Assembly (NCBI RefSeq): GCF_006345805.1
Contig: NC_043001.1
Span: forward strand, 69,378,001-69,442,000
Direction of reading: 5' to 3'
Length of the DNA stretch: 64,000 nt
DNA from: Octopus sinensis
Taxonomy: Eukaryota
Shown piece by piece: positions 41,179 through 56,009 of the stretch. Numbering within the stretch: position 1 is the first letter of the stretch; the number at the start of each line of letters is the position of its first letter. A program made the translations under genes and the position numbers. The notes beneath the pieces are model-generated. The model had not been told where the DNA came from and searched no databases. It saw nothing but the letters and a program-made list of their open reading frames with translations.

Positions 41179-41441
41179 TATATTTTGCTGTTATATTATG
41201 ATTGCGGAATGAAATACGATGTCCTTACAGGTCTCTAATACTTACGTACCAGCTTCCAGCAATGTGTTTAATATATAGAATTGGTGTATCCATTAATGTG
41301 CAACTCTTATATTTAGTGGCTATTTAAGTAATAAGTTCTTGGATGCTTAATAGGTTCTGTTGTTTATATTAGGCGTCTCGGATACAAAACGACGTAGCAA
41401 AATCAGAGCTGGACATAATTTGTAAAGAAAATCTATCAATA

Positions 41442-41502
<61 letters not shown>

Positions 41503-44500
41503 CATACATACACACGTGTGTGTACACGCCATGCTGTATACATCACTTTTAAGTTTTTAATATTTATAATAATAATAATAAACTGAAGATCAAATGTCTT
41601 TCCCTAGTCATACACTCTTAAGGCCGGTTTCATCTCCCCTGGAGGGGACGCACCTCGTCGCAGGATCGCTCATGTTTGCCAGTAAAGTGGACTAAAGCAA
41701 GGTCAACTGAAAAGTTTTGCTCAAGAAGACGAGTGGACAAGTTCATGATTCAATACGACGATCTAACGACTGTGAGTGCATCACCCTAACCACTAAGCCA
41801 CGCGTCTCCACATTAATAATAATATTATTATACATCATCCATAACTTATTTGAGTCCTTTGCATTCTTTAAAAAATATATATGCACAAAGGCCTTTCTGT
41901 TGGCTGGGAGAACAGAAATTTGAACACAATTTCAAACGTCTGAACAAGTGTTAATGTTTTATAGAAGAGAGGAAAATGTGAAATTTCAGAATATTCATGC
42001 ATTTCACATAAAGTTTAGTAATGTAGCGAGAAAGCTCTATTATTGAACCAAAAATCATGATGGTAAAATCTCAGTGGGGATGTAAACGTTCTATCCGTTT
42101 GAGAGCAATTCATCTGATAGCAAACCATGTCTATTGTTACTTGTGGTAAGATTCATATACTGAATATTTCGGTCAAGGTTTTCTGCTAAGCAGTGAAGTC
42201 AATAGTATACATTTCTCATATAGGCATAAGAGCTCAACTCAATTGGAGGAGTGGAAATGTTGTGTTATATTGTTGCAGATCATTACTGCTACATTTTCAT
42301 TATCTGCCAGATCAGAATTATGAACAAAGGACCCACTCTAAACTAGTGTCAATTCTATTATAAGCACAATGTTATTGAGGTCCGTTATCTCCATTCCAAT
42401 TGATATCGAACTCAGCAGAATGAGAAATAACGTTGACTGAGACCGAATCAAAGCCCATGTGAAATCTGAAATATTAAAACACTTTCTTGGAATCATAACG
42501 TGATTTGAAGTATTGTATTCAGCATTGTGCAACAAAGTCAAGAAATTAATTGCAATTAGATTAATTTTAATTATTGATTTTGTAAAGATCGGAGTTGTAT
42601 AGAATCTATAGCAATTTATTTGAAATTCATTTCGAAAATAAATTATTTAAATTTGGGATAAAATGAGATGGAAACATTTAAATCCATGAATAACCGATTG
42701 GAATATCATATAGTGAATACGACGTCGATTCTGAACCGGTTTAATTGAATATACAATGTGCTGGTTGACAACTGGGTTGATACAAATGTGCCGTATTTTA
42801 ATTTTATGACAAACAGATGCTTTTAATAGCTAGGGAGGAGATAACAGCGAGAAAATGAATATCCCTAGAAAAAATATAAATGGCCGTTGCAATGTTTAAA
42901 TTGTCTGAGTCCATATTTGAAAAGCTGAAATTATGGCAACAATTGATTTTACAGAAGAAAAACGTGTGCTGAGATGCCATCAGATTAAGATTCCCGTTAA
43001 ACATCTTAAATAATCCATTTCCGTAGCCATTCTCATAAATATAAAATTTTCTTTCTTGTATTTCTGCTGTTGGCCATATTCTTTTATTGATGTGGAATTT
43101 TATTATTTTCAGCATCTCAGTTGAAATAATTGATATTAAGAAACATAACCTTATTTTATCGGGTTACATTTAATTAAATTGGCAATTTGCTGCTGTCATT
43201 GGTGTTGTTGGTTTTGCTCGGTATGATTTTGTTTTTCAGAATATCATATGTTTGTGCCAGTGAGTTTCCTTATGAAAATTCAAGAAAATCAAATGCTTTA
43301 ACGCAAAAGCCAGATTACAAAAGATAATGCCTGCAATATTCCAATTTATAATGTAGCATATATTTCAGAATTAACAGCCAAGAATTGTCGATTGAGAGAA
43401 TGAACTGAAAATCCTTCGCTAGAAATCTCTTTAACAAAAGTTTTATGCATCTAAACAATCTTTTAATTTTCTCCTCGAACGCACGTATGAGTGTATGTCT
43501 ATATAAGATTTAATGCACTAAACAATCTTATAATTTATAAGGTTTGGTAATCTCATTTATAGAGAAATTCAATTCAAATTAATTAAGTTTTCATTAGGAT
43601 TACTTCAGAATCAATTGGCCAGAATTAAAAACGGTAGTGTATTTTTATTTGGAATTTTTAGTCTTCCTTTGTATGCATTTTGTTTTCAAATCAGAAAAGA
43701 GTTAAAAGTGCAATTTGCTCATTCATTCAGTTTACGAAGTCGAAAGCCAGACGTGATATGCTAATTAGAGCCTATAATTTAACAGTATTGTGTGGTAAAA
43801 TATAATCCAAAAGGAATTGATGGCGTAAAAATGCAATTAAAAGGTTAAAAGGATATTAAATTTTCCTCATCCATTATATTTGGTTCAATGTGTGTCACGT
43901 GGTATTAATTTGAAACATTCACAACGGCATGCATTTCATATTACTTCGTCAATGTGAATGTTAATATGCTGGACTTCAAGTGAACGATAATGAAGACATA
44001 CTGTATAAGGGTGTTTGAAATTCTTTCAGCAGTAATTGCGACAGCGAAGACGCTTGCATTTCTCTCATTTCAATATCACATCATATGAAATAAATAAATT
44101 TATTTTATTTGTATCAATATTAGGGTGGTGTGTATATGGATATGAGCATTTTTGAATCTACATACGAAGCCTGCGGTGCATACCATGCAGGTGATCTTGG
44201 TGCATCTTTTGATAGTGCAGGATTTGTGTCTACAGAATAAAATGCACTCTTCACATGGACTGAAAAATGGGATACTTGCTGACATTGAAATATTTCAAAG
44301 CTATGTGTTTTATCTAATTTGAGACAAGCATTAAGATCACGTTTAAGGAGATATTTCACATGTCTATTGTTATTCAATTATATTGTTATTCTATTCTATT
44401 GTTACCCAATGCTGTCGTAATGAACCAATTTATTTTGGATGTTAAATATTAAGACTTGTACAGCTAAATAAAAGACGAGGACCACTTAACTGTATTGATA

Positions 44501-45483
44501 CTCTTAGGAGAAGTACAATTTTAGCAGAATGAAAATGTTGACCAACTGCCTTAATAAGGGAGAAAGATTCCTTGTGCGACGTGATGAAACGTATTTCAAT
44601 TACGGCCGCTTCCATATGGTAAAGACTATTTCAAAATATCTTTGGGTTTAGACTGAATGTGTATATTTCACTTACTTGGTGTACAGTATATTACTATGAT
44701 GTGACATAGGATACGTGTTTCTAAGCCATAAACATTAACTGCTTGTGCCTAAAGATCAGTTGCGGAAATAGCGTTTATCTTTAGATCAGTTTCAGATTCA
44801 AACGAGTTTTGAGAAATTTTGCAACGATTTAATGCTTTCATTTGCTCGTATAGTCTTTTCCCATATTTGCCTAACTAGATTCTGATCGTACAAGATACAA
44901 CGCAGCCTTGAAGGGGTTAGACGAAAAACTCACTAGCTATACTTTTATTTTTATGAATTTAAATACTTATTGCACTGATCACTGTTGCCGAAGCATGAGA
45001 TTACGAGGAGGTAAACAAAACTACATCATTTGGCGAAGCGGAGTATGGGTACAAGCACATACACATACACACGCACACACCACACATGCACACAGATGCA
45101 CAAACAGGTGCACACAAACAAAAACAAAAAAACAAACAAACGGCAGACGTCCAGAGAATTTCTGTTTACCAAGTTCACTTATGAAGCATTTACCCATGGC
45201 TGTAGTAGAAGTAATTTTACTAAAACGCCATGGCGTGGGACTGAACCGTAATTGCAAAGCAAACATCTTAACTACACATTCATACCTGTTGCAGTTATAA
45301 GTGTGCGACTTGATATATACATATATATATATATGTGTGTGTGCGTGTGCGTGCGTGTGTGTACGTGTGTGTATGTATGTATGTATGTGTATCTATTTTT
45401 ATATATATCCGTATACATACAGACACATACACACTCACGCACACACGCACGCACACACACACACACATATGTACATGTATATA

Positions 45484-46731
45484 CAGGGGTTGGATAAAAT
45501 AATAGAAACGCCAGGCATCATAGCATCATAATTTTGAAATATCTATAAAACCGTCAAAAGCTTGTTTATTTTAATGTGTTTTGGATTTATTATGAGTGTT
45601 GCTTAATATGTTTTGCTAAAACGTCTGTTTCTTTTTAGATATCATTAGAAAAACGTAATTAAAAATAAATTCAATGACAGATCCATTGTACTTTCAAAGA
45701 GGTCAAATTGTTGGTGCTCATGTGGCAGGCGCTGGCGTAACGAAACCAGCCGAAATGTTTGGTGTATCAAGAAGTACTGCCTTGAAAGTAATGACAGCCT
45801 TTGAGAAAGAGGGAAAACCTCCTCGTCGAAACAAAACTCCGGAAGAATCCAAAACTTTCAGATATGGACGCGAACTGTTAGAAAGGATCACAACATTACA
45901 TCTCCCAAAATTACTACAGAGCTTAATGACCACCCCGAGAATCCAATTTCCACAAAAAACTATTCGCCGGGAGCTGTACAAAGCCGGATTTGACGGGAGG
46001 GTTGCAATCAACAAACTACTACTTTCAAAAACAAATATTGCAAAGCGTTTAGAGTGGAGTAAAACGCTCCCGAGAGCAAAGGAAGAATGTTATTTTCGCG
46101 GACGAGTCATGTTTACCCTATTTCCGGACACGGGCCGAGTATACCTGTGGAGACAGCCAAAAGAAGCATTTGCCCCAAACTGCCTGCTTCCAATTGCTAA
46201 ACATTGAAGAGATTATGTGATGATCTGGAGGGGTATATCTTGGAAATCTTCCTCCCTAATGCTTTCCCTTCATGGCAAAATTAATAGTCAAGACAATTTA
46301 CGCATTTTATCTGATCAAATTCATCCTATGTTTGCGGAACTGTTTCCGGAGGTAAAAAGCAATCTTTCAGGATGATATTGCACCAATTCATACAGCTAAA
46401 TTTTTACTGAACGGCACGAGCAACATTCTAGTGAAGTTGAACAACTTACCCGGCCACTACAGTCCCCAGATCTCAACATTATTGAATATTTATGGTGCAT
46501 TTTAGAAAGAAAGTAAGGCGTCGATATCCTCCACCATCACCATTACAAGAACTGGAGACTGTTTTAACTGAAGAATGGACAAATATTCCTTTGGAAACCA
46601 TTCAAACTTTGTACGGGCGCATACCTCGTAGAATGCAAGGTGTAATATCTGTCAAAGGCAGTCTTACCCCCATATGAAAATAAATTTGTCTGAAATTTTT
46701 AAGGTGTTTCCGTTATTTTGTCCAACCCCTG
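45484..46731 (+). mobile_element. Full-length Tc1-family DNA transposon, inactivated
   Basis: TIRs CAGGGGTTGGA(T/C)AAAATAA..GAAAC.CC, TA flanks; transposase from 45674 with FQRGQIVG, IFQDDIAPIHTA, QSPDLNIIEYLW; frameshifts. Confidence 0.96.
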
Positions 46732-46788
<57 letters not shown>

Positions 46789-46795
46789 ATATATA

Positions 46796-46880
<85 letters not shown>

Positions 46881-46887
46881 ATATATA

Positions 46888-46931
<44 letters not shown>

Positions 46932-46963
46932 GTATATATATATATATACATACACACACACGC

Positions 46964-46995
<32 letters not shown>

Positions 46996-47042
46996 ATGTA
47001 TATATATATACATATATATATATATGTATATGTATATTTATG

Positions 47043-47096
<54 letters not shown>

Positions 47097-48530
47097 CATA
47101 TGTATATATATGCAAATATACTGAGAGAGTTATAGATACTCACACACACACATATTCATATACACGCTTATACACACATATACGGAGTTTCAAGAACTCA
47201 GACATAATCACAATTATATATGAGTGTTCATCCATTAAATTTGATGATAAGCTAGCAGCTATAAGAAATGAATAATGAATAAATATATAAATATTTAAAT
47301 GAAGAAAAATAGTGAGGAACACATTTTCCCATTAATGGTTCATAAAGACATTGACTTCAACTACCTGACAATCTATGGGACAGTTGTATCACGACTACAC
47401 CTCTTACGCGACACATTCCATGCGTCAGAAACTATGGCACTGGTGGAATTTTATTGTCGCTTACGTGCTGGATACTCGAACAGCCACAACTGAATCTTTT
47501 AACACTTAGGCGGAAGTGTTTTAATCATGTGGTACCACAAAGTTCTGCCCTCAAGAAATTGAGATTGGGTGTCTTTTTCTGTCTTCCACACGGATGTCTT
47601 AAGTGTTAGGATTCCATGACTGTGAGTGGTATTACTTCGTTCTTCATATATACTCAAGTATTTGTACTGATGCGCTTTTGATCAAATGTCAGAAGATGTT
47701 GATCCCACCGAGCAGAAACCTTCATCCTGGCAATTTTATTGGGCAAAATATTCCCAAATCTCTCAGGGGATATACTAATAGCATTATCTAGTTTTTAATC
47801 AATCGCTTCTCATCCATCACTATCAATTGAACATGATCAATGTTTCCTCGTTGGTGGCAGTTATAAGACAGTTATAAGTCTTGGGTCAGCTTCAATACGT
47901 TCTTTTCCTCTCCTAAATTCAGCTGCCAACATTTACACTGTTGATATTTACCAATCATATTCAAACCCTATAAGAATGAAAGTAGTTGCCGCGATGCTAA
48001 GTTTTGTCAATTTTCAAGGGAAGTCGGGACTATTAACTTTTGAAGTTTTCTTTGAACTGTCAGATGTTAGTTTATCTTTAAAAAGCTATGCAGTTATTAA
48101 TAAGAAGGTTGGAAATTCATGCATGCAAGATTCCGTAGCTCTAGCATCACACCTTCGTAGTCACCCTATGAACCTCTCAGCCTAAACTTATAAGGATATA
48201 TTTTAGAAGTGAAATTGATTCAGGTTTTAACCTAGCGATTTCTGAAGTATCGGTTCTGAGAAAAGTTATCCATTCAGTCCATATATTTGCAGAATGGTGT
48301 GCAGATATAAACATATGCCATCTGCTACACAAAGCAAAATATGTAAAATTATTGTCAGATTTTCTAAAGAATGAGCAGTGTATTTCATTGCATGTATCAT
48401 CTTACCTTACTTTATATCACTCTTGCCGATCTCGGCCATTGTAAATCATTGTCAGCTACTTGGTGTAGAATTAACACATTAACAAATGTCTCTTTTAACG
48501 TTATAAACACACTCACAAGCACAGATGCTC

Positions 48531-48930
48531 TCAGAGGTTAGTCTGGAGGTTTCGATGTAATCTTTGGTTTGTATGTGGGATACCTTGAAGATTAAGTTTA
48601 GATTTCCTCCTGTGGGTTGAATTATCGAAAGTTGTTTGGTAGTTATTTGCCGGAGTAAGAGAGTTAAAGAAGGTCGAGTTGCGTCCCCTAGACCGTCTGT
48701 GGTTTGTGTTTAATGCACGTGGGGTCATTTCTGTGTCTGTTTTTGGTTTATTTTTCTTCAGGAAGGGGTTATCCGATGCGTTTTCTATGTTAAACTGAGT
48801 TTCGTAGTTATTAAAGAAATTGGCTTGTTTATCCCAGCGTTGTAAGGAGTTAGTTTCTTTATCCACGCAAGTTGTTTTCCATAGTTTAAAAATACTTTCC
48901 AAGCGGGGACCGTCCGCAAGTTTCTTTAAT
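48531..48930 (-). mobile_element. Probable PLE 5'/N-terminal fragment
   Basis: N/T/K-rich open frame similar in composition to the 5' part of the 19-21.5 kb PLE; no catalytic motif. Confidence 0.3.
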
Positions 48931-49299
48931 TCATATATATATATATATATACATACATACATGCATACGCAGGGGGAGAGAGGGGGGAGAAAGAGACAGA
49001 GAAAATAATGGACGAAGGTGACTAGGAAATCATACACCGGACTATCAAATATTACGTTTTGAAAGTAAAACTTGCAAACATAAGAATACTTAAGTAGCGG
49101 AATGCAAGTGACACAATTTAACTTGTTAATTGATGAGGTGCTGTAAGAGTAAACGTAAAGGCCGGAGTGGGGTGATCAACAATAAGTAATTAAGGATTTC
49201 CAGGTATCATTCAAGTATGAATTAAAGTATAACGTATAAGTGAGACACGGTTAATTTCTATCTTGTGTCTGTTTCAGTCCATGCTGAAGAAACGTCTTG

Positions 49300-49688
49300 A
49301 AGAAACTCAGTCGAATGAACCGATCCCAGTTCTGTGTTGTAAGCCAGGTATATATTCCATCGATCTTTTAGCGAACTGCTAATCCATGGGTGCGTAAACA
49401 CATCAAGAGCGGTTGTGAAGCAGTGTTGGAGGAAAAACGCAGACATAAAGACAGAGACACTCACACACACATTCACACACAGAATAACACACATACGGAC
49501 ATACACATACACACACAATCACACACATACAGACATATAGAACGAGCTTCTTTCTGTTACCATCTTCCAAATCACATCATCAGGCTTTGGTCAACTCGAC
49601 GATTAGAAGATGCAATGCAGTAGGACTGTAATCAGAACCATGTACCTGGGAGGAAACTTCTGACTACACAGACACCACTGCGCCTATG
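49300..49688 (-). mobile_element. tRNA-derived SINE, diverged
   Basis: Reverse complement resembles the SINE at 56287 (head, (GT)n middle, 3' body). Confidence 0.6.
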
Positions 49689-49699
49689 TGAAACCGGAT

Positions 49700-50074
49700 T
49701 AGTAAAGGATGACGCAGCAGCGATGTGCGCAGTGATCTGCGACCCGACCACGCACACACTGGTAAATCGGGGCGGGAGTGTTAACGAACAACTGAAGCAG
49801 ATGTATGCGATGGGTACCCACGACATGCTGTCGTTCCGTACGAGGTGCGGCACGTTTTCGAGACCTGAATTGCGACTACAAGCTTTTCAAACCTAATAAT
49901 TTTGATGTTCACTATCGGAGCTGGAATCACTGCAGCTACTGTACTGGCACCAGACATACCCTGCAGTCGATCTTCGCAAACGGAATTGAAGAGTAATACC
50001 GATCGCACAGCCTGGACTGAGTCCCATGCCGTAATCCTTCATCACTACTACGGCGTGCTGGGAGTGGGTAATTT
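49700..50074 (-). pseudogene. Decayed 18S rRNA fragment
   Basis: Minus strand AAATTACCCACTCCC...GTAGTGA, GTCTGGTGCCAG...TTCCAGCTCC, AAAAGCT.GTAGT, collinear with the eukaryotic SSU 530-loop region; continues into GC-rich V4-like sequence whose boundary is uncertain. Confidence 0.88.
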
Positions 50075-50749
50075 AATAAGTTACAAAGTACAGGTTAAAT
50101 ATCTGTTTAGATCTAAGAGCCTTAAGTAGTAAGTACTCGAATATATATCACACAGACACAAACACACACACACACATATAAAAATACTATTCTCAATGTT
50201 AATTTTTCTGTTTTTACCGAGGAGTGAATATCTTTGTAACGATAGCATTTTAGTCCGATAAAATAAAAGTTACATACAGTAATAATTAAACGATTAAAAT
50301 TTCTAATTTATACTCAGCTGAGACAATCACTAATTTATACTCAGCTTATGTGTAAAACATATTGAATGATTTTAAAACGTAAACAAGATACTTTAGGTTG
50401 ACAGGATAAGAAATACAGCTTCATTAATTCTAATTCTAATTGCCAATTGAACCTCACAACTTAACATATCCTATGAATAAACATCGCATGTCTCTTTTGT
50501 AGGAACGCATAACATTTTCTCGAATGTGGTGTTTATAAGTCTATGTAAAGATGTTTAACAGCCTCATTAATCCTAAATCGAAATTGGAGCATGGCAGAAA
50601 TGTATTTAGAAATGCTAAGCAAGTTTATTTTGTTCATGACATTTTAAAACGTGAATTAAATCGACATTCCTTCTCATTGATCAGACATTCATATTTTATA
50701 TATCGCTGGTTATAATGCGCTTCTATCATTGATTGTACATTTCTCTTTC

Positions 50750-51100
50750 CTTTGGGCTTGAATTATTCCACTCTGTCAACTTCGCACCGTCTAGAAAAAT
50801 TTCTGAGTAACTTATTCCTGCTTTTTAGACACCATTCGACAACTGCATGTACCAAACTGTTGCTGTGCTCCTTGCAATATGTATGGCCTAGCAGAACTTG
50901 TACTTTCAGTTGTCAACGATTGCATCAACCACTCCATTCTCAACTTACTTCATTTCGTACGTGCACTAGCAAAGATATTCCCGTCGCAGTTCCAGCTTCT
51001 TCGTAGTAGCTTACGCCTCACTTCCGCCTTTGGGAGCAAGAAATGCGGTATTATTGAAGACAGTGTTACACAGGACCTCATCTAGCTCTAATTGAAGCAA
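50750..51100 (-). mobile_element. Old RTE LINE 3' fragment
   Basis: Minus strand NSLVHAVVEWC resembles [11 protein letters not shown] of the 10-13 kb RTE. Confidence 0.5.
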
Positions 51101-51189
51101 ACATTATTAACCGAGCACTTACCCCATGCTACATTGCAGCATTTTAACACCAATTAATAGGGGAATTATTTAACGACAGCGTATTAGCG

Positions 51190-51564
51190 ATAGTTGGAGG
51201 GTGAAGAAGCTCGCTCTGCAACTACGTGGCTTCAGTTCAGTCCCATATTGCAGCACCTTGAGCAAGCGCCATCTATGAATCCCCCGGGTCAACCAATGTC
51301 TTATGAATGAACTTGGTGGATGGAAACTGTGTGGAAATCAGTCGTATATATGTATGTGTTTGTGTGTGTGTTTCTTTGCGTTTGCGGTGGTCGTAAACTA
51401 TCGTTTGACAATACATATTGGTTTGCTTACGTTCCGCTAGTATAGCAGTTCAGCAAAAGAAATATCACAGAATAAGTACCAAACTTTACATTAAGCACTA
51501 GATTCGACAACTTGTCTAAATACTTAAAGACAGCACCTCGGTAAGACCGGAGATCAACTACTGA

Positions 51565-51565
<1 letters not shown>
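51190..51565 (+). mobile_element. tRNA-derived SINE, diverged
   Basis: GTTCAGTCCCA B-box-like, ATGGAAACTG, AGAATAAGTACCA, shared with the copy at 56287. Confidence 0.7.
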
Positions 51566-51604
<39 letters not shown>

Positions 51605-52812
51605 CTTATCTGATTAAACTATCTTTGAACTTAATATAACATCATCTCCAATCTTACAGTTATATCACATTTACTTACTAAAATTCCCATGTCTTCGTTA
51701 CACACGAATCGCGTGTTATAAATTGAAATACAGAGAGAGCAACTGAGTACAAAAATTTCTATATAGGTCTGTTATATGTCAAACTTTAGAATACAACACA
51801 ATAAACGTCATGTATCTACACTTTCATATATACAGCCAAATGCAAAAAGCCAAATAGAAACACGCATAGATAAATATAAACATAAACATACTCACATACC
51901 GATGCTTAATCATTTTGTGGGGAATTACATTGTGGAAATATGTGCTTCTCGCATATTTTTAATAAAAAATTTGTATTAAATTTCATGTGTGGTATATGAG
52001 AATATCCAATACTAGGATACATTTTGTAACATGCAATCTAGAGATATTGCTTTTCGACCATGTTATATACCGTCATTTCAATAAATACAATAAAAAAAGT
52101 TCCACGTTTTCTTTCATTTCCTATTGTAGCTTCTTTTATTTTGTTTATATTTATTTTCAGTTTCTTGTAAATTTTTCTTGTTTTTATTTCCCCTCATCAA
52201 AAATATGTTTCGCAGTAAGTCAAAATGTACTATATCTATACAACAATACACGTTATAGGAAGAAAAATTTGCTAAAATACAGTATTTCATACTTTATGCA
52301 TTAAATGTTCACTGTTTTCGTAAATTGAAAGAATGATATAGCTTTTTCGTTCACTCTAATGGGCAGTGATGATATTCCTTCAATATTTCTGCAAACTGTA
52401 CTACATCGTTTTGTCTAAGATATGTTAATAACTTGACAGATATTCAAAAATCTTCCTTTAAACTTAGCAATGTTGTGTCAGCCGAGAATGTCGACCATCA
52501 AACAATTATTTCATTTCAGTCTATAATGTCCTGTCTAGAGCTGCTCAAATAATATATTTACAATATTTTTTCGTTGAGTCTGTAAGTGTGTATGAGAATA
52601 CATGCGTGGGCGTGCGTGTATGTACAACAATACATATATAAATACATACATACATGCATACATACATATATACAGATATACATACATGCATACAATTATA
52701 CAATTATACATACATATATAATACGCAGTGTGCCAAAGCTGTTACAGTTACTTATTTCTCAATCTCACTCAACATCACTTACTCTCATTCACTCATTCAA
52801 TCACACCCTCTG

Positions 52813-52865
<53 letters not shown>

Positions 52866-52967
52866 GGTACACATATATAAACACAGACAAGCTCAAATAC
52901 AAAGAGAGAGACAGACACACGCACACATACATGCATATATACACGTACGTATATATGCCTCTGTATG

Positions 52968-53032
<65 letters not shown>

Positions 53033-53491
53033 ACATATCTTTAGATATGTAGACATAAACACACATGGACACACACACATACACACGCAAATGTGTGTGT
53101 GTGTGCGTGTGTATCATACACATATAAACACCGGCTTACATCATACACTTATAAGCATAATTCATTTCTTGTGCAAAAAGAAAAGAACAAACACTACTAA
53201 ATATATATATATATATAGCCAACACATGTCCTCAGGAATAGAAACTTATTCCCTCTTTTTGTGTTCTTGTATGTGTGATGTAAGTTGCATAACCTTTAAT
53301 CATGAATACCTTCCCCCCTTTGACACCAGTATTCTAGTAAATGTCATGTCGACGAGGTCATGGTGATCTTTGATGTATGTTCTACTTCTTATTAAAAGTT
53401 CTGTGCAGCAAAATACCGTAGTTAGATACACGTTTAAAAAAGGTTACAATCTTCTGAAAAAAAAAACGCTGCTAACCTTCTCTCGCCCTCC

Positions 53492-53529
<38 letters not shown>

Positions 53530-53534
53530 CTAAA

Positions 53535-53598
53535 ACAATGCAAAGCGCATTGTGACCAGCGATGTGTAGCAACATCTGATAGCCTCGGTCACGGTGAT
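53535..53598 (+). mobile_element. Short RTE-type 3' end inside (TA)n
   Basis: TGTGACCAGCGATGT...CTGA...CGGTCA.GGTGATATA resembles 13325-13390. Confidence 0.65.
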
Positions 53599-53659
53599 AT
53601 ATATATCTATCTATCTATATATATATATATATAGTTAGATAGGTAGATAGATAGATATT

Positions 53660-53890
53660 TTCGTGTGTGTCTGTTTCTGTGTTCCTTCCCCTCTCCTACT
53701 TGACAACCGGTGTTGGTGTGTTTAGGTCCCTGTAACATAGTCGTTCGGCAACAAAAATCCGATAGAATAAGTACCAGGCTTAAAAAATTCAGCTAAAAAC
53801 AAGTACTGGGTTGGATTCATTCATACAACTAAAATTTATTCAAAACGATATGCCCGCATGGCAGCTTACTGAAACATCAATAACTGAAGC
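53660..53890 (+). mobile_element. SINE 3' half
   Basis: TTGACAACCGGTGTTGGTG, GATAGAATAAGTACCAGGC, shared with other SINE copies. Confidence 0.7.
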
Positions 53891-55616
53891 AATTGAACGA
53901 TTAAAGATGAAGGATATATACGTTTGTGAAATGTGCGTGTGTGTATGTGTGTGTGTGTATGAGTGTGTGTGTGTGTGTGTGTTTGTCTATGTGTATAAAT
54001 AATTTTCTAATGTATGCTTTTCTCGGATTTATGAACTATATATATATAATTCATAAATCCAAGAAAAGCCTACAGTAGAGAGTTTTGGGAAGCAGTAATA
54101 TTTGGATATTTGTTTTATCTCACTCTTCTCACCCAACATCAAATCTGTGTGCGGGGAATTTTTCTGAAATTAATAAATCAGCATTTGATCTAATCCCATA
54201 CGTAAAGACATTTATTTATCTGACACAATTTAAGAGTCTCGTTTAGGTGTGCGTCCAGTATCAAAAAGATTTTAGTTTAACGTTTTGAACCCCTGCACAG
54301 AGGCAGAATGCTCATGTAGGGTTAACAGTCAATGCCTAGTAAGGGGTTGATGTGTCGCTGCGTCCGTGGTCTATGAGGAAGAGGTGGTGTCTGTCAGTAG
54401 CATCTGCAACAGCAGTAATAACAGCAGCAACGACAACAGCAGTACCACTAGCAACAGCAGAAGCATCAATGTGTCCAACATTACCAGCAACAACGGCAGC
54501 GACAGTAGTACAAACAAAACAACAGAAGTACCAAGAACGTAGGGTTGCATGCATGGAATTATATTGGATCAACGGAGGGTTCCTTTAAGCTGCGAATAGA
54601 TTTTAGGATCCAGATAAGCGCAGCTTTACGTCTTTGATCAACTACATATGGCGATCAGAACAAGAGGAAATACAAAACAGGATTAAATTGAAGTCCCCTG
54701 GACCATACCTCAACTGAAGCAGAAGATGGAAATTTTGCTTGGCCGAGAAGGCAAGGATTCTAATGAAAAATACTTCATCAGAGAGATTTCATCGTTTCGT
54801 GCCATGCTTACTCGTTTCTCCCACAATAGAAAATTCATGTTAGAGACATAGTCTTCTCCGCTTGCTGACTAGTGAATGGGAAACGTATTTAAACTGCTCC
54901 CTTTCGGATACAACTGGAACCCTGTCTTACCCATAAGCTGTTTTTGGCTTCGAATATTTTCGTTTCAGGTTCCCCTTTCACTACCATTTTGATAAAGACT
55001 GGATTCTTAACCCTAAGAGTTTTGTGTCTCCGAATAGCAGGTCTGGCAAGTCGCCTATATTGCTAAGAGCAATAAGATAGGTGAAACAATTGGCAACTTT
55101 CTGAGCGCCATAACCAACAACTAGACACACACGCGCGTGCGCGCAGACACATTCACGCACACACTTATGCATACACACATACAAACATGTATATATTCAT
55201 GTAGTCGTATAATGAAATTTAAGCCTCAAGTAGCTTCACAATTTACCGGCATTAACAACTTAAAGTGAATTAGTGTTTGTACATTATAATTATATCTCCT
55301 GTTGAATGCGGATTTCAATGTCTTCAGAGAATATCCAGAACAGAAAATAAAACATGAGTTGTTGTTTATACGATGCTTAATTACACCATCTTACGGACGT
55401 TTTAATAGTACAAGGTGATTATTGGTTACGTAATGTAAAATTGCAAATTACATGAGCCACCCTTGCTGACAAATAGTCGGATACATCTAATTATTAATCG
55501 TAAGATCGTTGGGGAGTTGTAACAGATATCTAAAAGACGGATTGCAAGTGTCGCGTAAGTTAGAGTAATTAAACATTATAATAAAAAATCCTCATTTTAT
55601 GTTCCTCTCTCTCTCA

Positions 55617-55655
<39 letters not shown>

Positions 55656-55843
55656 AATTTAAATGTATATAAATATTTATATTTGTGTAAGTCCGTATGT
55701 GAGTAAGTATGTATGTATATATATGTATATATATATATATGTAAATGTATATATATATATATGTTAATATATATATATATATATATATTTATGTGTGTGT
55801 GCCTGTGTGTCTGTCTGTATGTATATGTGTCTGTGTGTATGTA

Positions 55844-55887
<44 letters not shown>

Positions 55888-56009
55888 TATATTATATTAT
55901 ATATACATATATATATATATTATATTATATATATATATATAGATATAAACATAGACCTATATATGAATACATACATACATATAAAGTTCATCCAAATATG
56001 AAAACACAA

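Noticed and set aside
54336-54588. Ala/Thr-rich ORFs
   Set aside because: Degenerate CAG/CAA trinucleotide tract with no domain or splice support
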